From assembly GCA_030141605.1 (NCBI GenBank), contig JAQGDQ010000008.1, positions 1,116,001-1,180,000 on the forward strand: 64,000 nucleotides of DNA, written 5' to 3'. The DNA comes from Tubiluchus corallicola (lineage: Eukaryota; Animalia; Priapulida). The notes under the pieces are model-generated. The model made no database searches. It was not told the origin of the DNA and worked only from the letters and a program-made list of their open reading frames with translations. Position 1 is the first letter of the stretch. Each line of letters starts with the position of its first letter. Made by a program: the position numbers and the translations under genes. Positions 14,062 to 29,000 of this stretch are shown here, one piece after another.

Positions 14062-17000
14062 CTGCAAAATAAAAATAAGTGAAATGTGTCAGTTACAACT
14101 CACTCGGAACTTGGTCGTATTATATGCAACTTTACGTCAAAACCAAGCACCCTAAAACTAACAGCGGAATTAACAAGATTTGTTAGGTCAAAGAATTCTA
14201 TGCCATTGCCTATATTTAGCAAAGCAAACAAATTTTTCTGTAAGCACATATCTTAAGCAGTAACAGAACCGCTGGTGCACTTGCTTCTCACCAATAACTT
14301 TAGTAATACAAAAATGCAGGACAGCTTAGTAGGAACCAAGCCAACACGGCAAGGTGTCACAGTTCTACAGTGCAAAGTCACTCAACATGAATAATTTTCT
14401 TCATCATTTCTTCTTCACACAATGGCAATGCACAACTTGACTGGCAAGTTTATTAAAAACAAGCCATGATGCTGCACATAAAGTACGGAAAATGATCTTT
14501 TAGCTGAGCTGTTAAGTGATAACAGCCTTACCATTACTTCAAGAAGATGTATATATGTAATTAATCAATTAAACACATAACTATACCTGGCGCATAGTAA
14601 TCAAACACTGCTACTTTGTACCACTGAGTCATATTAGCTACCGGGTACCATCTCTTAGCGTACAACCGGAAGCAAGTGGGAGTGTCATCCAGCTGAAATG
14701 AAAACAAAGTTGTGCAATAGAGAACTCCCCTCAGAAAAAACTGCAAGTAACATGGAATTTGTTTAATTAAGTCGTACTTGACAAAAGAAGTTAAAATCTA
14801 ATTTTCTTGTACAGCAGCCACACATTAAGTGTAAACCCAGTTATTTACAAATTGAACAAATGCTTTATATAGCTTTAATACCTAACTAATCGCCAATTAT
14901 GTTTTCTCTCTTCGTAATTTACACACAAAACTGTCTCCAGCACTCGCTAATTAAGTAGTTATTTTTTCTTCTCTGAACAATGTTGTTTGTTGATCAACTC
15001 AGCTCCACTCACAAAGCTCCACTCACAAAGTTAACTAAGTCAAACATTCACATCGTAATTTTGAAACTTTTATCCTCAGCAATTTTATGAATCTAGTTAT
15101 ATTTCATGAATCATTATTTTTGATGCTCCATGACTAAGCAAATAAACCATTTTAACAAACTGATAAATTTTCTCTCTTGTACGAATCAAATTGGATTTTC
15201 CCAGTTAAATAATTTTTTTGAGGTTTCCATACTTTCGACAATAATACGATGAGGCTCCAATTTCTGAAAACATTATCTAGTAATTGTACTGGGTTTAATA
15301 CTCACTCAGGCACATTTTGCTAGAACCTTACTTCATTATAATAACCCACTTACATAATCAAAAAATAACACAACCCTGTCGTCCTCAAAATCTGCTCTCA
15401 TCAGGTTCCGCACTGTCTGCTGCTCAAACACGAGGTCATCGAGTTCTCGCTGAAACACGACATAGCCATTGGGAACGTCAACTTCGATAACAGCCATGCC
15501 CGATCGGTCGGACTCTTCCCTCAATGTCCACCTAGTAAAAATCACTAACTATAGAAATATTTATGGCTAGTAGCATCATTTGCACATTTTTATAGTCTAC
15601 ATGTACCTGTCTTCAACAATGGTTTGCTTTAGCAATGCAATTTCTGTTCAATCAATTAAGTGGAGACTCACAATCATAGTATTAAGCGCCAATCGCTCGA
15701 TGGTTTTCAGCATAAATCGCCTGTCTGTCATTGGAAAAAGTCCATATAAAGGCCTGGATTGTAGGCTTTTTAGTAGGGCATGATTAGATGCGAAATGCCA
15801 TATAATTAGTACGAAAGTTTAATGCATTATTAAGAATCCACGGTGTTTTACTGAAAGCTAGGTCCCAACGCATATCCCAAACTAACACATTAAGCATTTT
15901 TTACATGACAGTAATTACCCGAATAACAACATATTCTGAATAAAGCTGGGAAATTGTTTTTTGATTACTATGGCTAAACTATATCAAAAACAGCAATACA
16001 AATCTTAACACCATAATTATTATCTAAACTGTTGTATATTGAATTGTATCCACGATTCACAGGATTTCGTTCATATAATAGCTTGTTTTTTCAGCCCAGC
16101 AAGAGCTTGTTACCTACAGAATTTCTTACAGTAGACCACAAACCACACAATATTGCAAAAAACCAGAATAACAGTTACGAATAAAGATAAAAATCAAAAC
16201 ATGCTCACGTTGCACAGATGTCGTAGTCTACTGTGGAATAATTGAAGCCGTAATACAGCACTCTCAAGTCAAGATCGAAAGCTTTGACCGGTTCCTTGGG
16301 CAGGTAGTATCGCTGGACATCAATAGTATACTTGACTGCAAGCTGCAGCAGAGCAAGTCCAGTACCACTGGCTGTTACTCGTATGCTACCCCAAGCATCC
16401 GGAATCTAAAAATAGCAGAAAAAGCAAATCATTACTACTGGATGTAAGAAAAATCCTTTACACGATCATTACCATTAATGTGGCAATTATTTACACAGGA
16501 ATAAAAAACCTTGAGACCAAACAAAAACAATTTTGCAGGAATTTCTAGTACATTTCTCCACTCTCTGTATAGTCTTAAGCAGAATGCACAAAAGGAACTT
16601 GATTTTAAAAGCCTGCCCTTGTAATATTAAACATATCTGAAAGTATGTTAAATTTCGCACAAGACGTAAATCCATTCGCATGAAAGTAAATGAGGCTATT
16701 GCACCATATTCCTTTTTTTACTTTGTAATAAATTAAAAAGCGCTTATGGTATATTGTCAGAATTATGTACATACTAATTTTTTTCCTAACATTTTTTTTA
16801 TAAAACAGAAAATTTTAAGACTTGAATGAACTACAAAATAGGCAACCATTATCCTATGTCTACTAATTTTTGATCATTTTACATGGAATTAGTTGATCAT
16901 ACATAATTTATGGAATAATAAAAATTAGCAAAAACCCTGTGAGAGCATTTTTTGCAAAAACAAATGAAAAATAGTAATGCCCAGAATGGCCAACACTATT

Positions 17001-20000
17001 TTCTATCTCTTAAAGAAAATAGTATGCTAAACAACTACATAATAAAATTATTATACAATGCACGTTTCGTTATATATAACTCCTATGATAAGCAAACATA
17101 CCGTAAAGAACATCTATGACAGAGCAATAACAGTTCTTAGGGAAGAAAAGCCACCAGCAAAATGACTTGCACAAAGTCAAAATTATGCTAAACCTGCCAC
17201 TTGTAACATGACAAATTGTATTACATTTATTTTACCCATATACGATCAATGTTGTAAACGGAAAGTATTCAAAGTAAAAAATGCTACAGCAGTATACAAA
17301 TTCTTCAATTTCTTACTACTCAGAAAATTTTATCAACTCCTTCAGCGAGCACCATACAAAAGACTTGTAGAATAGTTTTCATTATTTGGTTTAGAAATGC
17401 TGCGATGTTAACTAACCTGTGCTTCTTGAAGTTCGGCCCATTGGCCACGCTCAACTTTCAAAGTTTCCGTCCAATGTGTGGTAGCCGCTGCTTCAATCTG
17501 TGCAGAAACGTGACTCAAGTGACGATTCTGTGACTTCATAGAATAAGTTGACAATGCTTCCAATGCAACAATTGTATCCTGAAATAATTATTATTGTCTT
17601 ACTTACATGATTTTTAGTTTTTACAGTAGCTTTTCATTGTCTCAGTTGTACAAGCCTATTTGTAGCTAAATTAAAAATTAACAACTGTATACTATACATA
17701 TATGGAACGTTACTGAATATATAGATATCCCAATATAACATCACTGCAATAATAAAAAAACAGATAAAAATGTGTAAGAATAGACATACTTGTGTAGATG
17801 CAAATCCTGCAACATGATTCCTTTGATTGTTTAGCCACTTGACGATAGACTTTTGATCAACATGATTACGGAACGAATAAGAGAGTAAAGCATAGGCAGT
17901 AGTTTCTATGTTCAAAGCATCGTATTTCTTGAGAGTTCTAGGGCCATAGTATGGTATGCTGTTCTGAAGCACCACCGGGGTCCTTGGCACAGCCTCTCTT
18001 CCCCAGTATATGAAATCATCTGTGCCAAACCATAATAGTATTGACAGGATTATTTGTTGGATGCAGATATAACAATATTATAAAATAAGTGATTTGTGAT
18101 ACACCAACGAAGCGAATAGCATTAAGAAGCTAAAAATGCCTTGGAAATTGATGAAAGGGTGATTAGTATATCAAAGGAAGCAAGTAAACTGTGATACTAT
18201 AAAAAGCAGCATTTCATTTATTCAGCAATTAGTTTTTTACAATTTGACACACTGTAAGCAAGAACAGCAGGGGGTCTAATAGGTATGGACACTTGACACG
18301 AGAACCTCAGTAACACTACTCCACTGAGGTAGAGGTGTCTTAGCAATGTTCTAATGTGAATGCATTCTCCCTCAACAAAAACTAATGATTTTTGTCACAC
18401 CAAACAAGCAATTTTTGCTTATCTACTTCAATGGTAATGCTCAAATGGGCTGATAATATACTGACCTTTTTTTCTTTATGATCATTATGATGTGAACTAG
18501 TTATTTCTCAGCCAAGGTAAAGGATTGCTTTACAAGTTGTGTTTAATGAAAAAATTAATTTGAAAACTCCACAACTGATTTTGTGCCAGTTGTACTATAC
18601 AGATACAGTAAGACCTTACTTAATGACGCTAACGAGTTGTAGCAAAATGCGACGTTAAGCGAAACGCCGTTAAATGAAGTCAAGACTTCCACAGAAAGTA
18701 TAATAACAGAATTGAGATATATTTCAGAGGCTTAGATCATATAAATTAAACGTTTTATGAGTTTTACAGAGCAAAGTAAAAAATCGTCGTTAAGTGAAAA
18801 AAGGTGTCAAATGTTCAGCATTGTTAAAATGAAGCACTGCTAAACGGAGAGTCGTTAAGCGAGTTTATAGTCAAATATGTAAAACTCTGGTTTCCAATCT
18901 GCCAGGATAAACATCTTTCTTCCAAGCACTACAGATACGTGAGTTGAAATAGCCGAATGGCTACCATGTGTGCTCGGCAACCAAAGCAAGAATGGTGTCA
19001 AAGTTGGTTAGTGAGTGGATGGATGATTGCCGAGTTCGATATTCATTCTACAATGTTTCACTCACTATAATGATCTGCTTGTCTACCAGACGGTGGATGC
19101 ACAATTGCACATATATCCAAGTGTGGCCAAGATTCCTCTTCTGGCTCAGCATCTCACCATAGAACTATAGCTTTAATAATGAGCTAAGTTCTGGTCATAC
19201 CACATATTTAACACTGAATAGATTCTGCAACTAAGTACTGACTTCCAGCTTGCAGTGTGCCGAATTGCATAAGAAAAGCTCTATTAATTACAAATTATTA
19301 TCGGCCAAGATGAATAACCTCTGGCAGAAACTTGTTACCTTGTTTCCTGGCTATCGACTGAAGCATGCTAAAAGCCTCATCCTTCCTTACACTGTTTGCG
19401 ATGCTGAGTGCATAAGTGACAATTGCAATTTCAAACGGGTCCTTCAACCGGTCCAGTTGATACTCCAGAAAACGCACAGCATTTAATCTAGCTGCACCAA
19501 CGTAAGTGCCAACATACTGAAAATATAAAACATATTTGACCCGTTATTTGCACGCATTATCATCATCAGGACATGCAATACATACTCAACACGATTACAG
19601 CTAAGGACAGTTTACTACTGATGAAGAGTATGTACTGATGAAAAGAATATCGCTAATCATAAGTTTGTAAATTCCCCCTGGTCAGTGACACATTTTGACC
19701 TCAGAAACACAGGAACTCTAGTGTATATTAAGGGCAAAGTCAATATTAATGTCAGTGGTTTATATAAAATACTGTATCATGCATAACCTATTGCCCTGAA
19801 GAACCAAAGCAGTTTTGCCACTTGTGCATGTGACACGGGTAATTGTGAGAGTACTCAAACAGAAATAAACTGTGAAACTGTGGTCCTTCAATTAAAAAAT
19901 TTTTACTTACCCCTGTCAGATCATTAACTTCCACTAGTGTGATGAGAACATAAGCTGTCAGTGACACATTGTTGTACCGAGTTGCAGGATTATTTGGAAT

Positions 20001-23000
20001 AATCTTACGGTCGTAAGTCGGAGCTGTCTGCATGAATGAACCATCAGTCTGGTTTTGGTTGAGCAGCCAGCCCATGGACATCTCAAACAGTTTCGGATCA
20101 ATGTAAATAAGATCAGTCCACTCGGCTGCACGGGCCGCACGATGGAGGTATCGTAATGTAAATGCAGTCACCCTAGTCAGAGAGAAATGCATCGTAAGTG
20201 CAGAAGAATATTTTACACGTGCATTAAAACTAAGAATGGCCCTTAAAATGCTCTTATCAATGTGGCAAAAGATTTACGTGAATCATAAACACAATTTGTT
20301 GGTTATCTCATATTTTCGTCGCAGGATGATTCATCCTTGAGTTGATTTTAATTATATTAGGACAAAACTAGCCACAACATCTTCTGTTCTACTTATTGCA
20401 AGAAAATGAAAAGTTGAGCTTTTTCATTTAATGTAAGCAGCTTTAGTAAATGCCACTTTCAGAAACTAAGGAACTGAAAATCCATTTTTGCAGCAATTGT
20501 GAATAGAAGAGCTGAATTTAGTGGAATAAATGAGTGAAAGACACACAAATGATTGCAAGAATGAATAAACTACAATGAATGAGTAATGTAACAGTAAACA
20601 ATAAGGAAGAAAAATCAAATAAATGAAAGACAGAAATTACAATAAATGAATAAACGGAATAATAGAATCAACTTACCATACACTTGGTTGTGGAAAGTCC
20701 ATCCACAATGCAAATCCACCTTCCTCAGTAAAGAAATTGAGCTGTTTCTGATAAACTGAAAACAGTAAAACAAATTTCGTAACTCTGACTATGCTGCACA
20801 GAAGTTAAAGGTTAGGATAATCTTTGCTTTTCAACTTCAACATCAGAATTAGCTATTTAAGATGCTAAAAATGCTGATGACCAATTATCGGTAATTTGGT
20901 TTATAAAAATGATCATTAATTGAGCACAAAAATTTTTATTCCATAGTAATACACAGTGTCCAATACTAAATCTGAATTCACTTCATATTCGAAATCTTGA
21001 AATTTGATTCCAGTGGTGTAGCACTCGCTGTCAGATACAACAACACAACCATACACACATATCTGCACTGCCATAAGATACATAATCACAGCACATACCA
21101 ACGTTCATATAGTGCATGACTTCAAGTAAATCAGACTTTTTAAGCTGCTCAGTCTGATACAGGTAACGTAGTGTCATGATGTTGACGGCAAAGTCAAACA
21201 TGTTCTGTTCTCCGCAGTGTGAATACAAACGAAGCATGTCAACAGAATTCAGTGGTCCATTGTAAAAGGCAGGTCCATACACATCACCTGTAAGGAAAAT
21301 AAGATGATGCATTTAGTCATTTGTTCCTGTCACGTAACAGTCAAGAGCCAGAAATGAATAGCAAAATAGTAAAATAAACAATTCAATATATTTTTTGAAA
21401 TAATCTCAATGTATAACAAAATAGTAAAATAAACAATTTGATATATTTTAAAATGGTCTCAACCTGTTGTACAGCCATAAATATATACAATACATTATGC
21501 TGTAGCCAGTACAAAAATAGTATTAAAATAAACAATTAACAAAAGTCAAAAACACTAAAGACACAACAACTTTGCCCCAGATCCCACAAAAATTAATGAA
21601 AAACAAGATGTTACATATGCAAGAGAAGCTTTAATGAAATCTTCTCTGCAAGTGTACTTCAAAATAATTAAATGACTGAGAAAGTACTGGAATGCATACT
21701 TCCGATTCAACTAGTACTTCAACATCTCACCAACATAAATACACATTTAACAATTATCATCCTTTCAGCTGCTCAGTCAAACTTCATCAAAATATTTTTG
21801 AGCCCACATGGAAAATGCCACCAATTGATAAATACTAATTCTAAGTCATAACTCAAAAGTGTTTTTTATAAAAATGCTGAAAACTTCTAAATTAGCTAGT
21901 TTAATTATGGTAACTACTCCAAAATATGGATACCGGAAAAAATTGCATCTAGACGGAAACTAAAAATAGCAGATCATAATTAATAAGCATTTATTAATAA
22001 AAATTTACAAAGTAAGTTAAAACACTGCATAAACCAGTGTAAAATGAAATGACATTGTTGTCAATATGCCGAGGTCAGTACGAAATAATTTGGATATTGC
22101 CAGGAGTTATCATTCTAAACTCTATTATTCCTTACTAAGCTACTAATCATGCCTTTTTTACTTACCAACTATTGATACGGAAGCCTGTGGAGATCCGGAT
22201 ATGTACAGTCGATCTCTTTCATGAGGCACTATATTTGTCTCTGATACGTTGATATCCAAGTGGAGCAAGGTGGTGGCAGACCACGTCAAATCCAGTGTAA
22301 TCGGGGTGTGCAAAAACACGGCCACGCCGCCAGACTCCACCCGAAATGTACTGCTATGGTAGGATGTGCCCATCTGAGTCAGACCGGTCATCGTGACTTT
22401 GATTTTGCCAAGGCGTCTGGGTATTATCGGGATGTAGATTTTTCGTGAACGTTTTGCCGGAACCCAGATCAAGACTTGGTGCTCGCCCTCTGTGAGGTCT
22501 GGCGAGTGAGAGTCTACGTAACCCTGGTAGCCGACCTTGACCACGGAGTAATCATCAGATTTAGGCAGCACCAGCAACACTTCTATTTCGACTGCTTGGA
22601 AATTGAGAGCGATTGTCCTAATGCCGACCTGCTCTCCCATGTCGATGACGGACGGCATTTCGATGTGAATAAAAAATGGTCGACGACTTTTATACACCTG
22701 CGCGGGTTCAGTCAAGCCAAAACCTTTTTGTCGACTAAGTCCAAACCCTGTAACAAACCAGCGACCCGGAGGTTTTTGTATCGGAGCACGGAAGATGTAT
22801 CTCCCATCAGAACTGCAAGAAATAAATAATGGTTAAGATTCAAAATTTGCAAAATAATTATCACTGACACAATCTGTTTGAGTTCATGACAGTTTCACAA
22901 GTGGAAAAGGTTGATGTCCAATATTAGGAAGAATTCCACAACATTTCTGACTGGATAAAAATGTAAGATATAAATCCGCTTAATATGAATTAAATAACGT

Positions 23001-26000
23001 TAAAAAACACCTGGGTTTCAACAAACGACCCATATATTACTCTTAGGATGATCGTAGACTAGCTGTTCCGCAAACACAAATACGGGTTGGATTTTCTCAA
23101 CTAAACTTTGACCCGAGTCAGAGAGGATGTAAAAACTATGATGGAACCCCTGTTTTACCTACTTGTAGATGCGGTGCCACTTTTGAAACCATTAATCGTT
23201 TTCTAATTAGCTGCCCACTATATCACCAGGCTCGAGGTATATTACTAAGCAAACTCTGTACTTTGTTAATTCCTCATAATATTGGTATTTATAATCTGTC
23301 TTACCTCGTTTATCTACTTCTTCGTGGCAATCAACACTTAAATATAACTGTTAATATTCAAATATTTAAGCTTGCACAGAAATTTATATTTCTAACTAAG
23401 TGCTTCTAATCATTGTATTACTTTATATTGATTACATAGTAATATTAATGCCTTTCTCAACATTATGCTACGTGAAGTCATACTGTAATGCTTCTACTGT
23501 TTATCTATTGTCTGTACTCTACTAAGTGTCACGCTTCATTGGTGAGAACATTTATCAGTTGTTGTCTGTTCAAGCCATATTGCAAGATTTCTTATTCAAT
23601 AAAAAATATGTTTAAACTAAATTCACTTAAATTGCAAGATTTATAGCATTTATGGTGACACAAGACTTATATTGCATGATTCTTCTAAACAACAATGTAA
23701 CTGCCCAATGGATGTTTCTGTGCTCAAAATGTAATACTATCAAAGTATTTTTGATTGGTTAATTGAACGACACTAAAACCTGGTTCCTATTGCTTTTCGG
23801 GTGCACCATTGGTGAAAATGTTTTGGGAAGTACTGATAAGTACAATGTAATATGCTACATAAAAATAAATTTCTTATTACCAATTAAGAGCTAGCAGTAA
23901 CTCACGGTTAACAAATATTGTGCGATACCAAGTTAACAAATAATACTACAAGCGAATTTGTGCGAAAACGTCCTCCAAGATAAGTAAATAACAACAATTA
24001 CAATTGCAATTTAACTCACCCTATATTCACATCTTTCCACATGAAATACTTGACGAAATGTCGACTGTTTTGATGGATGCGACTTAGACGATATCGTTTC
24101 ATATCGATTTTATCAGTCTGCGGACCTGAAACAAGCCCCACATTAGACAGAATGTCTACAGAACATAATATGTTCTAACTGATAGAGCTACCTTGAAGAA
24201 AAAAGTAAAGAAATTATCGTATTACACAAACTTACAATTTGACTCGTCTGTGCCATCTTCACAATCCAAGTATCCGTCGCAACGCTTATAGATGGAGTAA
24301 CATCTCGCATCGGTACATCTCAGCCAACCAGCCGTCACGTTACAATCATCTGCAATGTAAGAATAACAATCATTGGACCTACCATTCTGTTTGAACTTTC
24401 ATAATGAAATATGCAAAATCACTAGTAGCTTACAGCTTCATTTTTTACTCTTGTTTAGGTTTTAAAGTGAACATGAGACAACTTACCCTCCAAAATCGTC
24501 ATGTTGGCATCGGTGAACACTAGCAAACCAGCAAACTGAAAGCAAAGAAAAAATTGATATGCAAAAAATACAAAATAAATAGATTTCAGTGTCGCTGTCT
24601 TGACCTCCACAATATTCAAAATGTGAATTATCAAAGGCCAGTCTTATGAACTATTTACAGTCTTAGACCTATAACCTTAGTATAAGAGAATTTCTATTAC
24701 ATATTATATTCTTGCTATAAATTTTTGCACCTGTCTTTAGGGTGTAAAGTACCTATATTGTATTGTACAGCATATTATCAAAATTTTCCTGATGGCTATA
24801 TACTAATCTAGTATTGATTTTTATGTCCACTGTCTAGGAATAAAAGTTTTTTATTAATCTGGCCAAAAAGAAAAAGATTTTTTTGTGATCATCGTAACAA
24901 TATAGTTTATTGTATTGTATTTATTACAGTTACACATAACAATATGAGTAAGTCATAAAATAATTTTAACTCAATGTAGAATTCAAGTCTCCAGGATGAA
25001 TGAAATTACGAGTGACAAGGAAACTATAACCATACTTGAAATTCTATAATAAGAAGTACGAATTTCCTAGCCAACAATGAAATTCAAGCTGTATAAAAAA
25101 TGAGAACAATACCCCTGAAGCAGCGTGTTTTATCTACATAAAAAATACATTAGAAGAGTGTTTTGCCAGACTTACCCAAAATGTCTGATTTGTGTCTATT
25201 CCGAAAGATCTGGACGGAAAATACACATCCTTGTCCGGAGTGCCCTGGAGTGGAAACGTCCACTTGTGAGTGTGACTGTGATTTGCGTAATCATCAAATC
25301 CATACATGTTGGCCATAACCTAAACGAAGTGAAAAAGAAGCATGGCAAAGTTATTAACAATATGCAACTAATGACAGTCATTCGTACTTGTAATGAAATC
25401 CAGTTTGTGCTTCAAATATTAACTACAATATCAAAAGCAAACTGCGGCTACTGGTTAGCTAAAGACTAACTACGATAGAATAAAAAAGTAAATCTTCTAC
25501 ACTGAATGGTAAATGCAGGTATCAAGTAATAAATATCACAGTTTTGAAACCACATCACATAAACTTGGTATTAATGGCATTGTTGTAACTGCTTCTTGTA
25601 CAACAATGTACAACAATGACAGTTATAACATCCAGATCAGCAAGAATAACAAAAGGACACTTAAGAATACGGTACAATTCTTTTTAATACGGTTTGGCAC
25701 ATATAATCCAAGCCAGAATGGCTGGGCCTAATCAATGTAGATTTGTGTGGAGAAACCGGAATCTAGCTCATTATCAAAGCCAATCCTCTAAGATGACACA
25801 ATGATCCAGCAGCAGTGAAGTTACAATTATAACAAAACGCATAGACTGTCTTACCTACACATCTTGAAAAAAGAAATACATTGCTTAAAAAGTGGACTAT
25901 TGCATTTATAGACACACACGCAGAGAAAAAATGTTAACTAACAAACAGAAGCTATACCAAGGATTTAGAAGTCAATGCACATAATTCACACAAAAAATTG

Positions 26001-29000
26001 TTAAATGGCAACTTTTTTGAACAAAAATCGAATATGACATTGTTAACTTACGCCAGCATACGTTAAACCATTAGCTTGTAACGAATAAACAAGGTTTTCA
26101 TTTCCCAACATTCCCACGTAGGAGCCAGGATCACCTGTTATAATGCACTCAACGGTTTTGCCACTATAATCCTTCAGCGGATTGAGTTCCACTTTAAACT
26201 GGAAAAAACGTCAACACTCGCAAATTGGTGAACATCTATCACACACAGAACTAATAATAAAATCCATACTAACAGCATCACAGTTACAAGATTTAACAAT
26301 GTTAAAAAAGTTTTAAAATGGTGGTTTGCTTTAACGCCCTTATCAAAGACCAAGAGTTAATAATGATTACACAGTTACAATAGTGATTGCTGCTTAAACA
26401 ACAACTAATTTCATAACAAACCTTCCCTCAAAGGCAAATCTATTCATCTAACTCATGGAGAAACTATGCAGAACATTTAATGGTTGTCTAGGTTTATATA
26501 TTCACACAGTGAATACTCTTTGATCAACGTAATGTTGCATCTGCACTGCAGGTGGCACTTACATCATTACGTGCTGTCGCATCCACGTGAAAGTTGAGTG
26601 AATCGGCAACAAGTTCCCCATCTGTCTTCACATGGTAGACAATGATGCGAGAGCTTGGAGCCATCTCTGGAGCTAGCGTGACTGCAAATGTTTTCATACG
26701 AGATGTCATGGGGAGGTTGCCCACTAGGAGGATGTTTCCTTTACTGGCTACGACGTAATGAATGTCATCCAGGTAGAATGATGAATTGACGTGAAAGATG
26801 ATATACCCACCCACCTGCGAATGCGATGTAATTTGTTATGTTATGTATGTAATATGAAAACACAATACTAGAACATAAGAAAAGTGGAAGCAGACTTCAG
26901 TTTTGCCTGTTGGACAGAGGGAACCACAAAAAGAGAAGACGCCATCTGTAAAGTAGAGTTCCAAATAATTCATTTTATAGAAAATTGTTAAATGCATCAA
27001 GATACTTGCTTACATGAAAATCAATAAAAGAATTGTGCAAACTGAGTTAATTACTAGTCGACGATACTTTTGAATTATCATACAAACAGTGCATAGCGCC
27101 ACTAAGAACGATGAATATGGTAAGATTAGAAAAGTAGAAAAAATAAATATTTGTATTGACTGCAATAACTGTCTTCAGTACACTGACATTTTTGAATGTT
27201 GAAAAACTAAAACAATGAAGTTTAAAGTCAGCTCATAGAAAATCAATTAATGCAAAAGTCAGCAAGAGATTATGCTACGGAAAAAAATCGGTAAAATAAA
27301 AATGCTAATAAGATCAACATCACCTTGGGATACAGCGTGCTTGTTGTTACTTCCAAGAAGTTTCTTTCAGGTGAAAAGTACTTGACCAGCTTAAGTTGAG
27401 CAGTCATTAATCCACCATAGGTGGCGGTCTGAGTTTGACCAAATAACCTGTAAAAATTTGCACACTACAAGATCTGTCTCTCGTCACATTTTACTCAAAC
27501 ACAAACAGTAGTACTGACAGTTTATCTATATTTGTAAAAAAGTTCATTGAGACAGATCTGGTAATTTCTAAAAAGATGAGCAAGCTAGGAAACCTCATAA
27601 TATAACATGTATTTAACAGATTAAGATGCAAAAAGGAGAGGAATTCAATTCAAACAAATTTATTAATTTCTTTAAACATTACACTTCCTTTCAAATAAGC
27701 ATTAACAATGAAGGAATAAAAGAGAGTTAAGATAATAAAAATAAGGCACATACGTATTAATGGCATACTGCGGCGGAGTACTGCTAATATAGGCTGGATC
27801 TCCTTCATTTATATTCGTATCTCGGGACTGTTCTCCTGCAAAAGGGATACACACTTTTGAAAATGCATTGGTTCTCAAATGTTACTGTTAGATGGTACTG
27901 AACATCTGTAAATAAATTATTCTATATAAAAAAGTATACTACTTAAAATGTCATAACCAAACAGAAATCCAGGCAGTTTTGTTAACTGCTACTACAACGC
28001 ATGACAAGAAAAAGGCAGATGCAAATTATCGTGGACAATGGCAAAGTTTCAAAAGCTTCAAAAATGCCAGGCAATCTTCAACAAGACTGGCTACTCACTG
28101 TCCAAGTAGCAGCCCAAGTACACCCTAGTAAGCCCATGCACAAAGATTCAAATCAATATCTTCCACTGGATGCAAATCCTTTGTCTGAACATAAATTAAT
28201 CGAAGGTTTTTAGTGGATTCCCACACAGGAGCTACTGTGGTGAGACACTGGACCAGCAGAGATGTCAGCCCCATTCAGTTCGGGTCTCCCTCAACAAGGT
28301 TAATATCAGTGTGGTGCATAAAATAGACTAAATGCCCAAAGGATGTTAAACCCGGTGGTCATCCAGGCATTCAACAATCAACCTTGGAATTGCTTAACTT
28401 TGGTCACTAAGCATACACTTTGATCGCTCGACTATTCCTGCGATGTACAACAAAGAGCAAATCACGCATTTTTGACAAAAAAGCATACATAAACTAGTTT
28501 TTTGCCATAAACTACAACAAACCTGAGAGGCCATACGATTGTTGCTCATAATATCGCTGTCGAGTGTACCCATATTGTAATCGATATCCAGGGTCATTCT
28601 CTGCTGGATCATATGAAGCCTGTACGACAAAAATAAGCAGTTTAGCAAGTATACTATATAACACTGTTTACTATATCTCCTATTTACTGTTTTGCACATC
28701 CAGTTTGAAAAACAGAAGATAAGTTTTCTGACAACTAATTCTGGTTTCTTTGTAATGTGCTAGGCTAAAATGGCTAAAAACAAGCACAGCTAATCAAATA
28801 ACAGCTGCCCTCAAAGCGCTCTTACTTTCAAAATGAGCTAGTCAAGTCAAATCAGATATTTTTCTGTAAAAAACACCTCCACTTTCGTCACTAGTAAAAA
28901 TTTTAAGATAACATGATTGTACTCTGGCATGATGAGGCAAATAACCCACTAGTAATTTCATTTGATGCTACATATTGCATACCTCTAAAGTAATATATAA

